Virus record (IMG/VR): IMGVR_UViG_3300023174_000036
Location: 186,001 to 250,000 of that record
Length of the DNA stretch: 64,000 nucleotides
Strand: one strand, 5' to 3'
Shown here: positions 40,904 through 49,433 of the stretch, piece by piece
How the letters are laid out: each line of letters starts with the position of its first letter
Numbering within the stretch: position 1 is the stretch's first letter
Made by a program: the position numbers and the translations under genes
Notes under the pieces: model-generated
What the model was told of the DNA's origin: nothing
Seen by the model: the letters and a program-made list of their open reading frames with translations, nothing else
Databases searched by the model: none

Positions 40904-41038
40904 TTAGTTTCCCACTTTCTTAATATAATTACCAGCTTTGTTCAAATCATCGCCAGCACCTGAAACTGCCCCACCGATTGTACCACAAGCGGTCAGTGTT
41001 GCTACTACTAAACTCAAAATTAACATTTTCATTTTCAT
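40904..41038 (-). CDS. Entericidin EcnA/B-like small lipoprotein (not in ORF track)
   Basis: MKMKMLILSLVVATLTACGTIGGAVSGAGDDLNKAGNYIKKVGN. Confidence 0.6.
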   Translation of the reverse strand: MKMKMLILSLVVATLTACGTIGGAVSGAGDDLNKAGNYIKKVGN

Positions 41039-41163
41039 TTTGCCATCTCCTGACTGTGTGTTTTAACTGTGTCTACGCCTCTATCAAGCATACGAGCAAT
41101 GCCGGAAAATCCAACAGTTGCTAGTACCAATCCAAAGACTGTGCCTAAAATAAATGCCTTCAT
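41035..41163 (-). CDS. Small membrane peptide (42 aa, not in ORF track)
   Basis: MKAFILGTVFGLVLATVGFSGIARMLDRGVDTVKTHSQEMAK; GAAAGG SD. Confidence 0.6.
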   Translation of the reverse strand: MKAFILGTVFGLVLATVGFSGIARMLDRGVDTVKTHSQEMAK

Positions 41164-41198
41164 AAAGTTGCCTTTCTATGTGTGTTAAACATGTTAGT

Positions 41199-41227
41199 AT
41201 TATAGCGTACTCGTAGTCAAATGTCAA
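41199..41227 (-). promoter_or_regulatory. Consensus sigma70 promoter
   Basis: TTGACA-N17-TATAAT. Confidence 0.85.
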
Positions 41228-41236
41228 AGCATTTGG

Positions 41237-41806
41237 TTACCATCTATCTACCACAGTCCAATTATTATCAATGCGGCCATTTTGGCAAATAACACCGTTG
41301 TAGATTTCTTGATTGCCTTTGAATGTATAACGTTCGGTAAACATTCTGCAAGTTTGCTTGTTGTAAGTAAAATAGTTTTCAATTTTACTTCTGCCTACTT
41401 CGCTCTCCAAAATCCTATCACCAATTTTAAGTTTAAGTGGTTCAAATCCTTTTGATAAGCGTTCGGCGTTGGTGTCGCCTTCTCTACAAACTGTTATGGC
41501 TTCGGTTGTGAATGTACCACCAATACTGGCCAGAAGTTTTTCCTTGCCATATCTAATAGCATCTCTGCACAGTGCAGATTCTTTGGTCCATCTATCTTCC
41601 TGTGTTTCTTCAACTGTATGCCATTGCCCATTTACATTAAGTTTGAAGTTAACTGTGCATTTTCCAGGCACAACAGTTTGTTTAAGATCAGTTACTTCAC
41701 TGACTTGATTTTGTCCGTTTAGCACACTTGAAGATCTTACATTACAATTGGCAAGGGCAATTTGATTAGCAAGTAATAGTGTTATCAAAATTAATTGTTT
41801 AATCAT
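41237..41806 (-). CDS. Secreted Cys-containing protein
   Basis: Signal peptide MIKQLILITLLLANQIALA; several Cys. Confidence 0.65.
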   Translation of the reverse strand: MIKQLILITLLLANQIALANCNVRSSSVLNGQNQVSEVTDLKQTVVPGKCTVNFKLNVNGQWHTVEETQEDRWTKESALCRDAIRYGKEKLLASIGGTFTTEAITVCREGDTNAERLSKGFEPLKLKIGDRILESEVGRSKIENYFTYNKQTCRMFTERYTFKGNQEIYNGVICQNGRIDNNWTVVDRW

Positions 41807-42072
41807 TTTTCGCACCCAAAATAGAACCACCAAATGGTAGATTTTAATCTGCTGTTATATGCACGGTCATACTCGTTTAGTGCATCAGGATTTGAATTAA
41901 AGTTTTTGATTTTTTGTATTTGGCGTAAATGAGCAAGTTGTGTTTCTTTTAACTTGCAATCTACTGGATAACTACGCAATTCTTCTAAAGATAAGATTTT
42001 GGTCTCAGCAGAGCACACAGCAGGATATAACCCTGCCATGGTCAATGCAATTGCGATGGTTATTAGTTTCAT
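41803..42072 (-). CDS. Secreted small protein
   Basis: N-terminal signal peptide; coupled ends. Confidence 0.6.
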   Translation of the reverse strand: MKLITIAIALTMAGLYPAVCSAETKILSLEELRSYPVDCKLKETQLAHLRQIQKIKNFNSNPDALNEYDRAYNSRLKSTIWWFYFGCEK

Positions 42073-42494
42073 TGATATTTGTCATTCAAATCAACACCAG
42101 TCAAACTGGCCAAAGTTTGAAACTTTTCCCAAGCTAATTTAACTGTGGGGTTGTTTTCCAATTCACTGTTAGGCAATACCGCCTCCAGCCAAATTTCTGG
42201 CCTACGTCTCGGATGAGCACCAAACTGTCGAGGCTGATGCATCTTACCATCTTCGTAGAGCATGATGCTGATGCTACGGAATTTGTCTTCATGATCTTTG
42301 TTGTTCAAATCATAGTTGGCCCACTCAGGGTTACTCAATCCACCCAATGTGTATCCTTGCCAAATACCTATCCACTCTTCATCGACTCGGGGATCAAAAT
42401 CCGTACGGGTAATAAGAACTAAAACATCGTCCATGTCCACCCGACCTTCAACAATGTCCAAAACGCAACGGCTATAGCTTAGTCCAATTTTCAT
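42069..42494 (-). CDS. Hypothetical protein
   Basis: 141-aa ORF, coupled to neighbours. Confidence 0.7.
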   Translation of the reverse strand: MKIGLSYSRCVLDIVEGRVDMDDVLVLITRTDFDPRVDEEWIGIWQGYTLGGLSNPEWANYDLNNKDHEDKFRSISIMLYEDGKMHQPRQFGAHPRRRPEIWLEAVLPNSELENNPTVKLAWEKFQTLASLTGVDLNDKYQ

Positions 42495-42805
42495 ACAATC
42501 ACACTTTCGGTTTTAGGTGTTTTAAATACATTCTGTCCACAACGCCTAATGGCGTCTGCCAATTCCTGCGGTTGCTCTTTGGCATACTCATTTAACTCGT
42601 CCAAACTGATTTCGCTTTCGAAAGCCCAAATTTCAGGAAAACGTTGCGGGTTAGCTTGTGCTCTTATTATAGCATATCTGGGTATAGGGAAGTCAACCTT
42701 CTCGTCACCTTTTAATACTGCCCAAAACTTTTTCTTTTCGTATTCGGTTACATTAAAGATCCATTCAAAACCCAATGTATCAAAATATGCCATGTAAGCT
42801 GACAT
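42491..42805 (-). CDS. Hypothetical protein
   Basis: Start moved to MSAYMAY (GAGG SD). Confidence 0.65.
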   Translation of the reverse strand: MSAYMAYFDTLGFEWIFNVTEYEKKKFWAVLKGDEKVDFPIPRYAIIRAQANPQRFPEIWAFESEISLDELNEYAKEQPQELADAIRRCGQNVFKTPKTESVIV

Positions 42806-42806
42806 G

Positions 42807-43046
42807 CTAACCTCTTGTGCTTGTTTTGGTTTTAGTAACAGTTGGGCCTTCGCTGGTAAAGTCCATGCCAGCGGCCCGACCTTCATATGTGCGTCCATTC
42901 CAGTTCATTAACAATTTGACTGATTTGTTCATGACCACAGTCAAGTTACGACCTTCATTAAACGCCATAACTTCGCCATCTACTTCTTTGCCAGTAGCGG
43001 CCTGTTTAACTGTGCATCTATCACTGTGTCTCGTTACTGTGCTCAT
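42807..43046 (-). CDS. Hypothetical protein
   Basis: 79-aa ORF in operon. Confidence 0.6.
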   Translation of the reverse strand: MSTVTRHSDRCTVKQAATGKEVDGEVMAFNEGRNLTVVMNKSVKLLMNWNGRTYEGRAAGMDFTSEGPTVTKTKTSTRG

Positions 43047-43335
43047 ATGCTTGACCTAATGTGAATGAAACAGATTTAATTGAGTCCCAACGAAAACTCT
43101 TCCAATGTCCAGCCTCCATGTCATACACAGGCATCACATCTTCGTTAATTTTCTTTTCTCTTTTAGCTTCAACCGATGCTGGTTCCTTAAACATAATATA
43201 TGTAGGATTGGTTGTGCATTTCATAACTCGTTCAGTACCGTCCTTTTTGGTAAAGGTAACTGTAACGGGTCCAAATTTCAAATGTGATCTAAGCCATTTT
43301 TTAAATAGCTTGAAATCGTTTTCATTTAAGGTCAT
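43021..43335 (-). CDS. WYL-like/SH3 beta-barrel protein
   Basis: VTFTKKDGTER.M.CT...VYD.E...WKSFR. Confidence 0.7.
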   Translation of the reverse strand: MTLNENDFKLFKKWLRSHLKFGPVTVTFTKKDGTERVMKCTTNPTYIMFKEPASVEAKREKKINEDVMPVYDMEAGHWKSFRWDSIKSVSFTLGQAYEHSNETQ

Positions 43336-43501
43336 CGGCTTTGCTTTCCAAATCGGATATTCTATTTGTTAATTGTACTACAGATTGTTCTAACTTGTCA
43401 ATATGATCGGCAATTTGCGTTAGAAAAATTGTTTGGTTTTCCGCAGTGATTCGAATCATGTCTGCTACTTTGATTGTTTCTTGTTTGTTTTCTGTTGTCA
43501 T
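43322..43501 (-). CDS. Small coiled-coil protein (59 aa, not in ORF track)
   Basis: MTTENKQETIKVADMIR...IADHIDKLEQSVVQL; GGAG SD. Confidence 0.6.
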   Translation of the reverse strand: MTTENKQETIKVADMIRITAENQTIFLTQIADHIDKLEQSVVQLTNRISDLESKADDLK

Positions 43502-44113
43502 TTAATTCTCCGTATGAATTTTAAAATTGGTTGCAAGGCTAACCCGCAAATTATCGCTGTTGTTCAGTTCCACATGATGTAAGAACCAACTTGGAAAAAT
43601 TATGTAGTCGCCTTTTTTTGGTGTGTATCTAAATTGTGTTTGAAATATATTGGCAGTTTTGGTTACGGCCGCTGATGTGTTTCTTGAAGAACCCACATCG
43701 GATAATATCAACGGGCTATTGTCATCGGTCAAATACACCACTGATGAAAAAACTGATCCTGGGTGATTGTGCAATATGTTATAGTCATTTTTCAAATTGA
43801 AATTGAACCAAGAGTTTCCCACCTCAATTTCAAATGTTTCAGATGTTTTATAACTGTGATTCACACCTTCTCGAATTAGCCCGGATAATACTTCAAGTAA
43901 TTTTTGGAATTCATCTGAATTTGAGTAGTGGTCAATAGTATGAGGCCAAAACGAATTGCTTTGCCAACCGCCACGATTTGACACAGCAACTCCAACAGGT
44001 TGCTCTTGTTTTATCTCTTTTGCAAATGCAAGCAATTTTTCAAGATCAACGCCGCCGAGTTCTCCAAGCCACACAGCATCCTTGAATGGAACAATTTCAG
44101 TTATTGTAAGCAT
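43502..44113 (-). CDS. Putative 2OG-Fe(II) oxygenase (TIGR02466-like)
   Basis: SNRGGWQS, W.N...HNHPGS.FS.V.Y, FPSW..H.V, RVS.A.N. Confidence 0.8.
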   Translation of the reverse strand: MLTITEIVPFKDAVWLGELGGVDLEKLLAFAKEIKQEQPVGVAVSNRGGWQSNSFWPHTIDHYSNSDEFQKLLEVLSGLIREGVNHSYKTSETFEIEVGNSWFNFNLKNDYNILHNHPGSVFSSVVYLTDDNSPLILSDVGSSRNTSAAVTKTANIFQTQFRYTPKKGDYIIFPSWFLHHVELNNSDNLRVSLATNFKIHTEN

Positions 44114-44997
44114 TACACTTCCAATAAAATGTTGGGGTTCCAGCCTGTGTCTTCGCTGTAACCATCGTTTTCATAACCACGTGGGTTACACACAACTCTA
44201 GTTTCACCGATTACATAATCAAACGGATGATGTGTATGTCCATGTGTCCACAATTTAATCTGTGGGTGATCCAGGATGAACTCACTCAAGTCACTGTGAT
44301 ACCCACCGTTCATCAAAGTTTCATGTGCATACATTGGATGCACACTTTGAAAGCTGGGACTGTGATGTCCAACTACTACACATTTCTTGTCCTTGTGTTC
44401 TTGAACAATGTGTTTGATGTAGGCAAGAGTCTTGTCATGACGGATGGCAACATCCAGCGCACTCATAGTGGCATAGTTACGCTTGTCATTACGAATAATA
44501 CGAAAGTCGTTCATCATGCCTTCAATGGCATGCATGGTGAGAGGATCACGTTTGTTCATGTTGGTCCAAAGTGTCCCGCCCACAAACACAACATCAGTTA
44601 CTTCACCTGTTTCTTTATTGCGATCTTGAATAGTGTAGGTATCATTCTCTAACATATGAATGTTGGGATACTTGGCACACTCGTCACGCATGTAGTCAAT
44701 GGCCGCATAAAACTTACCATGGTAGAATTCGTGGTTGCCCATGATGTAGATCACATGCGGAAACTGAAAACTACAACGTTTGAAAAAATCACGGAACCGA
44801 GCTACCCGTTGCATCTTACGGCTAAGGTCAGCCAATGCACCGTTGCTGTAGGGATTGAAATCCGCGGCATGATGGTCGTGAAGATCCTGGGCGATCATAA
44901 TATCACCACCGAGGATCAAAACATCGTAGTCCTGATCATTTTGAATATTAATGTCACTGAACTCCAAGTGGAGATCGGAAACCAGCTTAATCCTCAT
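44113..44997 (-). CDS. Calcineurin-like metallophosphoesterase
   Basis: SDLH, GD, GNHE, HH.P, GHTH and NPRGY motifs. Confidence 0.9.
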   Translation of the reverse strand: MRIKLVSDLHLEFSDINIQNDQDYDVLILGGDIMIAQDLHDHHAADFNPYSNGALADLSRKMQRVARFRDFFKRCSFQFPHVIYIMGNHEFYHGKFYAAIDYMRDECAKYPNIHMLENDTYTIQDRNKETGEVTDVVFVGGTLWTNMNKRDPLTMHAIEGMMNDFRIIRNDKRNYATMSALDVAIRHDKTLAYIKHIVQEHKDKKCVVVGHHSPSFQSVHPMYAHETLMNGGYHSDLSEFILDHPQIKLWTHGHTHHPFDYVIGETRVVCNPRGYENDGYSEDTGWNPNILLEV

Positions 44998-45592
44998 CGT
45001 CTTCTTTCTCTTTTTCAAACGGCCAAGCCGTTTTGCTTTCTAATACAAAATTTTGAGCATCTTTTCTAGTAAGACGCCCTGCTTCGACTTCTGCAAGAGC
45101 ACGGCGCAACGCTTCTTCAACCAGCTCGTTAAAGGTCATATCACGCTCGTGCGCTAGTTTCATGTATTGTAACAGTTCTTCATCCGAAAAGTCAACCGGA
45201 ACCTGCACCCGTGTATCATAAGTCTCACCAGCACGAATAGACAGTGCTTTTTGAATAAAATCGTCCGCTACTTCTAAATCTACATAGTCCACTTCATCCC
45301 ATGCTTCGTTCAAATTGACATTACGGGATTCTGCTTCCTTGCTGTGCTTCTTTTGATTCTTTGGATTGATCATACGATAAGCACGGTCATTGGTGTAGTC
45401 ACACATGCTTACTTCGTATACTTTTTGGCTCTTAGTACTGAACACAATACTGAAACTATAGCCGCCCGTGCCGTGAACACCATTCCAAGAATCCAGTGTA
45501 TAGGCATTTGGGCCGTAACAACTCCAACCATATTCACCACCTTCGGTGATTCGATAGTCAACCAATTCCATCCATTCTTTCATTGTAATCAT
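44987..45592 (-). CDS. Hypothetical protein with C-terminal ribbon-helix-helix-like segment
   Basis: VPVDFSDEELLQYMKLAHERDMTFNELVEEAL. Confidence 0.6.
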   Translation of the reverse strand: MITMKEWMELVDYRITEGGEYGWSCYGPNAYTLDSWNGVHGTGGYSFSIVFSTKSQKVYEVSMCDYTNDRAYRMINPKNQKKHSKEAESRNVNLNEAWDEVDYVDLEVADDFIQKALSIRAGETYDTRVQVPVDFSDEELLQYMKLAHERDMTFNELVEEALRRALAEVEAGRLTRKDAQNFVLESKTAWPFEKEKEDDED

Positions 45593-45750
45593 TGTACCAA
45601 TCCTTCTTTACGTTGATAAAAAGTAACTTCAATCCAGCCAATCAAGGCCACTAACCATCCTGCGTTTGCAGAAGTTTCCCAAGTAGCAAATACTTGAAAT
45701 ACACACATTATTAAAATTGCTATTGATAAAATTTGTTTAAGTTTGATCAT
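45589..45750 (-). CDS. Small membrane protein (53 aa, not in ORF track)
   Basis: Two hydrophobic segments; overlapping junctions. Confidence 0.5.
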   Translation of the reverse strand: MIKLKQILSIAILIMCVFQVFATWETSANAGWLVALIGWIEVTFYQRKEGLVQ

Positions 45751-46187
45751 AACTCTAATCCATCCTTTCTACATTGTTCTTCAATTCGAGCATTACGCTC
45801 TGCTTCATGTACATCACACAATGTACGCACCCAACCACCACTGCGGCGTTTACCAATACCGCCACACACCTCGCAGGCAATATCTGCCCAAGATTCTGCC
45901 ATACTAACTAGCCCATGAACATAGTCATCCCCGCCTTCATAGTAGAATCGTAGTCCGCCAAATTTTTCTTTAACTTGCATTACAACAACTTGTGGGCAAA
46001 CTTCAGTTTCCCTGTTAGCAAATTCAATGTGTTGCTGGATGCTAGAACTTAATCGTTCAATGATTGGATACCAGCCCTTGCCCACAGCAAACCCGCCGTA
46101 CTTGCCCCCATACATTTTAGGATAGGACTTCTCCAAACGTTGGGCAAATGTTTCATAATCTATAAATTCTTGATCTTCATTGTTCAT
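45747..46187 (-). CDS. Phage hypothetical protein with Zn-binding motif
   Basis: QVKEKFGGLRFY...CEVCG...LCDVH. Confidence 0.7.
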   Translation of the reverse strand: MNNEDQEFIDYETFAQRLEKSYPKMYGGKYGGFAVGKGWYPIIERLSSSIQQHIEFANRETEVCPQVVVMQVKEKFGGLRFYYEGGDDYVHGLVSMAESWADIACEVCGGIGKRRSGGWVRTLCDVHEAERNARIEEQCRKDGLEL

Positions 46188-46188
46188 A

Positions 46189-46356
46189 TTAATGTACCGA
46201 TTCCTTTGCGTCTACTGTACATTCAACAACCCAATTGTTGAATTGTGTAAACTTATTAACTTCGATACCTAACCCAACTGCTTCATTTACAAAATGTTGT
46301 AACAGTGAATTGTACAACTCGTCGGGCATGGTATTTTTATCAAATTTGATTTTCAT
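46189..46356 (-). CDS. Small hypothetical protein (55 aa, not in ORF track)
   Basis: MKIKFDKNTMPDELYN...; fills the gap in the operon. Confidence 0.5.
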   Translation of the reverse strand: MKIKFDKNTMPDELYNSLLQHFVNEAVGLGIEVNKFTQFNNWVVECTVDAKESVH

Positions 46357-46363
46357 ATTAATC

Positions 46364-46582
46364 CTAATCGTAAGCTACACCGGGCATTTGTTTCTTGCCT
46401 TCCCAATGTTCTCGAGTTACGCATAAACCTTTGTGACGTACTTTCATTGGATGATCTAAATTAGTCAATTGTATTTTCACAGCTTCACAATCTTTTTGAC
46501 TATTGAAGCCCACAGTATTTTTCCCCATGAAGTCTCCAGCAGGGCTATACATTGCTATGATTAAAATCCAGGAGTATGTCAT
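46364..46582 (-). CDS. Small secreted/membrane protein
   Basis: Hydrophobic N-terminus; F.S..DC motif. Confidence 0.6.
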   Translation of the reverse strand: MTYSWILIIAMYSPAGDFMGKNTVGFNSQKDCEAVKIQLTNLDHPMKVRHKGLCVTREHWEGKKQMPGVAYD

Positions 46583-47271
46583 TGTGCCGCCTTTACGTAG
46601 TTAAGTCTAGTAACATCGTTGCCGTGCTTCCAGTGTTTAGAGTGCTCTTTAACTTTGGCTTTGACAATAATACATGCACCCAACTGCAAGTTAGTTTTGT
46701 TTAGCCAAGAGCACATCTTACTGTTGATTATAGCATCTATATTGTAACCTTCAAAGTTTTTTGACTTGATTGAGGAAATTATTTCTGCATCCAAGTCTTT
46801 AAGATTACTACCAATATCTGACAAGTAACCTTCTTCAACTGACCGTGCGGCCTTCTTAACTTTAGATTGAGCAATGTCTCTTACATATACACTGGGCAAG
46901 CAAGCCACATAACCAAATTGATTTTGTTTAACTGTATCGCCCGACAGTATTGTGTTTATATTAGTTTGAAAATCATTCTCACCTTCGATGGCACTGAACA
47001 AGAATTTTCGAAAATGTCGTTTGATTTCTTCTGCTAGAGCAGTATCTTCGGCAAGTACCTTTAAAGGCATTGGTGCTTCTTTAGGATCAGCAGTCCAAAT
47101 GGCAGGATCCAGTGTACACAACATCATTAATTTATTGGTCTGTTTGGAATACATGTAGATATTGTCGTCCGAATACACTGCCTGTGCTTCCTTGATATAA
47201 GCACCGTTCACTCGTTGTGCCGCACAAGCCAGCTCAAGAACTTGTTGGGTTGGAAACTCTTTGTTAGCCAT
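46579..47271 (-). CDS. Hypothetical early protein (possible C-terminal OB fold)
   Basis: 230 aa; own sigma70 promoter; ends KAKVKEH...TRLNYVK. Confidence 0.65.
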   Translation of the reverse strand: MANKEFPTQQVLELACAAQRVNGAYIKEAQAVYSDDNIYMYSKQTNKLMMLCTLDPAIWTADPKEAPMPLKVLAEDTALAEEIKRHFRKFLFSAIEGENDFQTNINTILSGDTVKQNQFGYVACLPSVYVRDIAQSKVKKAARSVEEGYLSDIGSNLKDLDAEIISSIKSKNFEGYNIDAIINSKMCSWLNKTNLQLGACIIVKAKVKEHSKHWKHGNDVTRLNYVKAAQ

Positions 47272-47304
47272 TTCGCTCTCTGTGTGTGAGTTAATATACT
47301 TTGT

Positions 47305-47333
47305 ATTTTACAGGAAAACAGCATCTGTGTCAA
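47305..47333 (-). promoter_or_regulatory. sigma70 promoter
   Basis: TTGACA-N17-TAAAAT. Confidence 0.7.
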
Positions 47334-47976
47334 TCTTTTGTAATCGCACATAGACCTTTTTGGTTAAACGTTTGATTACAGGATTGGTTAAATCCCCAAA
47401 CTGTCCAAAATAAGAAGCCAAACACGGACTAACGAATTTGCCATTAAACTTTAATTTGGCTAGAGAAGATACCCTATGCATATATCGTAATGCACGATAT
47501 TTTCCTAAAGCACGACATAGTTCAACGGCTATGCTAAATGCATAAGCATCAATTTCGTCGTCTTCTTCCAAATAGTCTTTGTAGGGTTTTTTAACGTAGT
47601 CTGAATAGATTACATATTTTCGTTTTACGCTTTGTCGTTGGTGTTTGAATTCATGTATAGTGGCGTCAAAAATTTGAATTAAGAATTCTGTAGTTTGTGT
47701 AGTATCCCAAATAACTGTATTATCAAAATTATGATGCACAACTACTTCTATAGGTGTTTCGTTATTTTGATCTTCTTCGGCATCATAATATGCGTTAACA
47801 TAAAATTCTTCGGGCCCTAGTACTTTATCTCTAGTGGATTTAATTTTTAAATTAAATTTTGCCAACCTAAATTCTCTACGAAGAGATACTACTAGATTTT
47901 GGAAACTGGAACCGAGTTTACTTTTGCGTCTAACTTGATTGCAAACAGCACTGACAGTTTCCATTACGGCATTCAT
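47308..47976 (-). CDS. HExxH zinc-metalloprotease-like protein
   Basis: IHEFKHQRQ...YL...DEIDAYA. Confidence 0.6.
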   Translation of the reverse strand: MNAVMETVSAVCNQVRRKSKLGSSFQNLVVSLRREFRLAKFNLKIKSTRDKVLGPEEFYVNAYYDAEEDQNNETPIEVVVHHNFDNTVIWDTTQTTEFLIQIFDATIHEFKHQRQSVKRKYVIYSDYVKKPYKDYLEEDDEIDAYAFSIAVELCRALGKYRALRYMHRVSSLAKLKFNGKFVSPCLASYFGQFGDLTNPVIKRLTKKVYVRLQKIDTDAVFL

Positions 47977-47977
47977 T

Positions 47978-48196
47978 TTATAACCTATATGTTACACGAC
48001 CTTTTGATAAATCATAAGTGCTTACTTCCACTCGGACTTTATCGCCTAAAATAATTTTAATTTTGTGTTGTTTTAATCTGCCACCTAGATAAGCCAATAT
48101 GATGTGTTGATTATCGTCCAACTGTACTCTGTACATGTTACCAGGCAATACTTCAGTAACCTGTCCAGTTAATTCAAGTAGGTCGTCTTTGCTCAT
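47978..48196 (-). CDS. infA: Translation initiation factor IF-1
   Basis: 72 aa; G.V.EVLP...GD.V.VE.S.YDL.KGR.TYR. Confidence 0.95.
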   Translation of the reverse strand: MSKDDLLELTGQVTEVLPGNMYRVQLDDNQHIILAYLGGRLKQHKIKIILGDKVRVEVSTYDLSKGRVTYRL

Positions 48197-48363
48197 GCTT
48201 TGCTAATGATCATTTTTCCATCTTCCACCTGAATATTCAGCGTAGTACCTTCAACCCATCCTTGTGCTTCGCAAATCTCCGGTGGAATTTTCATCATGAC
48301 ATTATCCGGGTCTCCAGGAATATCTTCAAAAATTTCTTCTGCTAAAAATGTTAGTTTTTCCAT
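48193..48363 (-). CDS. AbrB/MazE-like small DNA-binding protein (not in ORF track)
   Basis: MEKLTF...MKIPPEICEAQGWVEGTTLNIQVEDGKMIISKA; TAAATA-N5-ATG. Confidence 0.65.
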   Translation of the reverse strand: MEKLTFLAEEIFEDIPGDPDNVMMKIPPEICEAQGWVEGTTLNIQVEDGKMIISKA

Positions 48364-48376
48364 AATAGTATTTACT

Positions 48377-48931
48377 TTATAGTTCTTCGTCTTTATAAGG
48401 AACTGGTCTCCATCCCAATCGATTTAAATCTAATTCAATTTCTTCAGTTACTTGACCTTCTGGAACATAGGTACGACCATCAGAGACATCCGGCACAGTT
48501 CCATCTAAACCATTGCCTAATTCTGGATTGCCAATACCGCTACAATACCAATCGATGTAGTCACCTTGCTCTCGCATGTCAGCAACAATACCGCCAGCAT
48601 GGCGCCAACTGCACGACCAGGTTTCACCTTTTAGTTCTTGCCAAAACTCTCTGCTTTGCCAATCCATGTTGCACATGGCCGCATACAAGTTTTGAGCATA
48701 ATTTTCACTGGCTTTGACTTTGTCGCACAGTTCTTTTGAACTACGGAGATCATACTCCATATTGTTCTTCTGCCACTTTGGATCTTCAAGATTGGCCACG
48801 TCTTGTTCTCGCCAAGATTTGTACATTTCTAAATATGCAGGATTGGGTAATTTGCCTTCTTCTTCACAGTGTTTGACATACCCTTCCTTTTGGAACGTAT
48901 GTCGCTCAGGACTTGATGCTATTTTTTTCAT
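48377..48931 (-). CDS. Hypothetical protein
   Basis: YAQNLYAAMCN...SWR.AG...A...GDYIDWYCSG. Confidence 0.7.
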   Translation of the reverse strand: MKKIASSPERHTFQKEGYVKHCEEEGKLPNPAYLEMYKSWREQDVANLEDPKWQKNNMEYDLRSSKELCDKVKASENYAQNLYAAMCNMDWQSREFWQELKGETWSCSWRHAGGIVADMREQGDYIDWYCSGIGNPELGNGLDGTVPDVSDGRTYVPEGQVTEEIELDLNRLGWRPVPYKDEEL

Positions 48932-49260
48932 TTGTGGAAATTGCCTTGGAAACAATGCCGGACTTCGTGACCTAAAGTATCGTGGTCAGTTGTTTTTGCA
49001 GTAATCACAGTACACATGTTAGACTTGTTTGGGGCAGGGTTAGACCAAAAAGAGCAACCGTCCATTTTTTGACCACTGCCTAACCTAGCGAACCCACCGT
49101 TGCCCCGATTTTTACTTTCAGTGTCGCAAGCTTCAAATACATTATCAACTTGTATCCACTTGATGGTACTAGTTGTAACAACATTAGAACTTGTTGAAAA
49201 CTGTTCGCCGGCTTGAACTGTTCCCACAAACATTAAAAATACTGCCAGTGCCTTTTTCAT
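48928..49260 (-). CDS. Secreted HExxH-containing small protein
   Basis: Signal peptide; LGHEVRHCF. Confidence 0.65.
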   Translation of the reverse strand: MKKALAVFLMFVGTVQAGEQFSTSSNVVTTSTIKWIQVDNVFEACDTESKNRGNGGFARLGSGQKMDGCSFWSNPAPNKSNMCTVITAKTTDHDTLGHEVRHCFQGNFHK

Positions 49261-49287
49261 TCTTGCCTCTTTCTGTGTGTGTTAAAA

Positions 49288-49398
49288 TGGTGTAGACGGT
49301 AGGATTCGAACCTACAAAGTCGCTCTAAGAGCTAGACCCTGACCCTCCGTTCGCCGAAGCTACTAGGAGGAGGTATACCAAGTTCCACTCACGTCTAC
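49288..49398 (-). tRNA. Atypical 111-nt tRNA-like RNA (Leu-like body, no canonical anticodon loop)
   Basis: Acceptor GTAGACG/CGTCTAC-A-CCA; T arm GTAGG-TTCGAAT-CCTAC; D loop GGAACTTGGTATAC; the anticodon position holds a 17-nt insert with a cUUCGg hairpin; long extra arm. Confidence 0.75.
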
Positions 49399-49404
49399 AG
49401 TTGT

Positions 49405-49433
49405 ATTATATACTTATTTGTAAATACTGTCAA
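49405..49433 (-). promoter_or_regulatory. Consensus sigma70 promoter for the tRNA-like RNA, overlapping a divergent TAAATA late promoter (49421-49426, +)
   Basis: TTGACA-N17-TATAAT on the minus strand; TAAATA-N6-ATG on the plus strand. Confidence 0.85.

Noticed and set aside
43372-43401. Possible internal promoter TTGACA-N18-TACAAT
   Set aside because: Lies inside a coding region with non-optimal spacing; not distinguishable from chance
49288-49398. tmRNA, tRNA-Sec or ochre-suppressor interpretation of the tRNA-like RNA
   Set aside because: No G3-U70 pair or tag ORF; the acceptor is 7 bp with no UCA anticodon; the TTA lies in a 3-nt loop of the extra arm, not in a 7-nt anticodon loop
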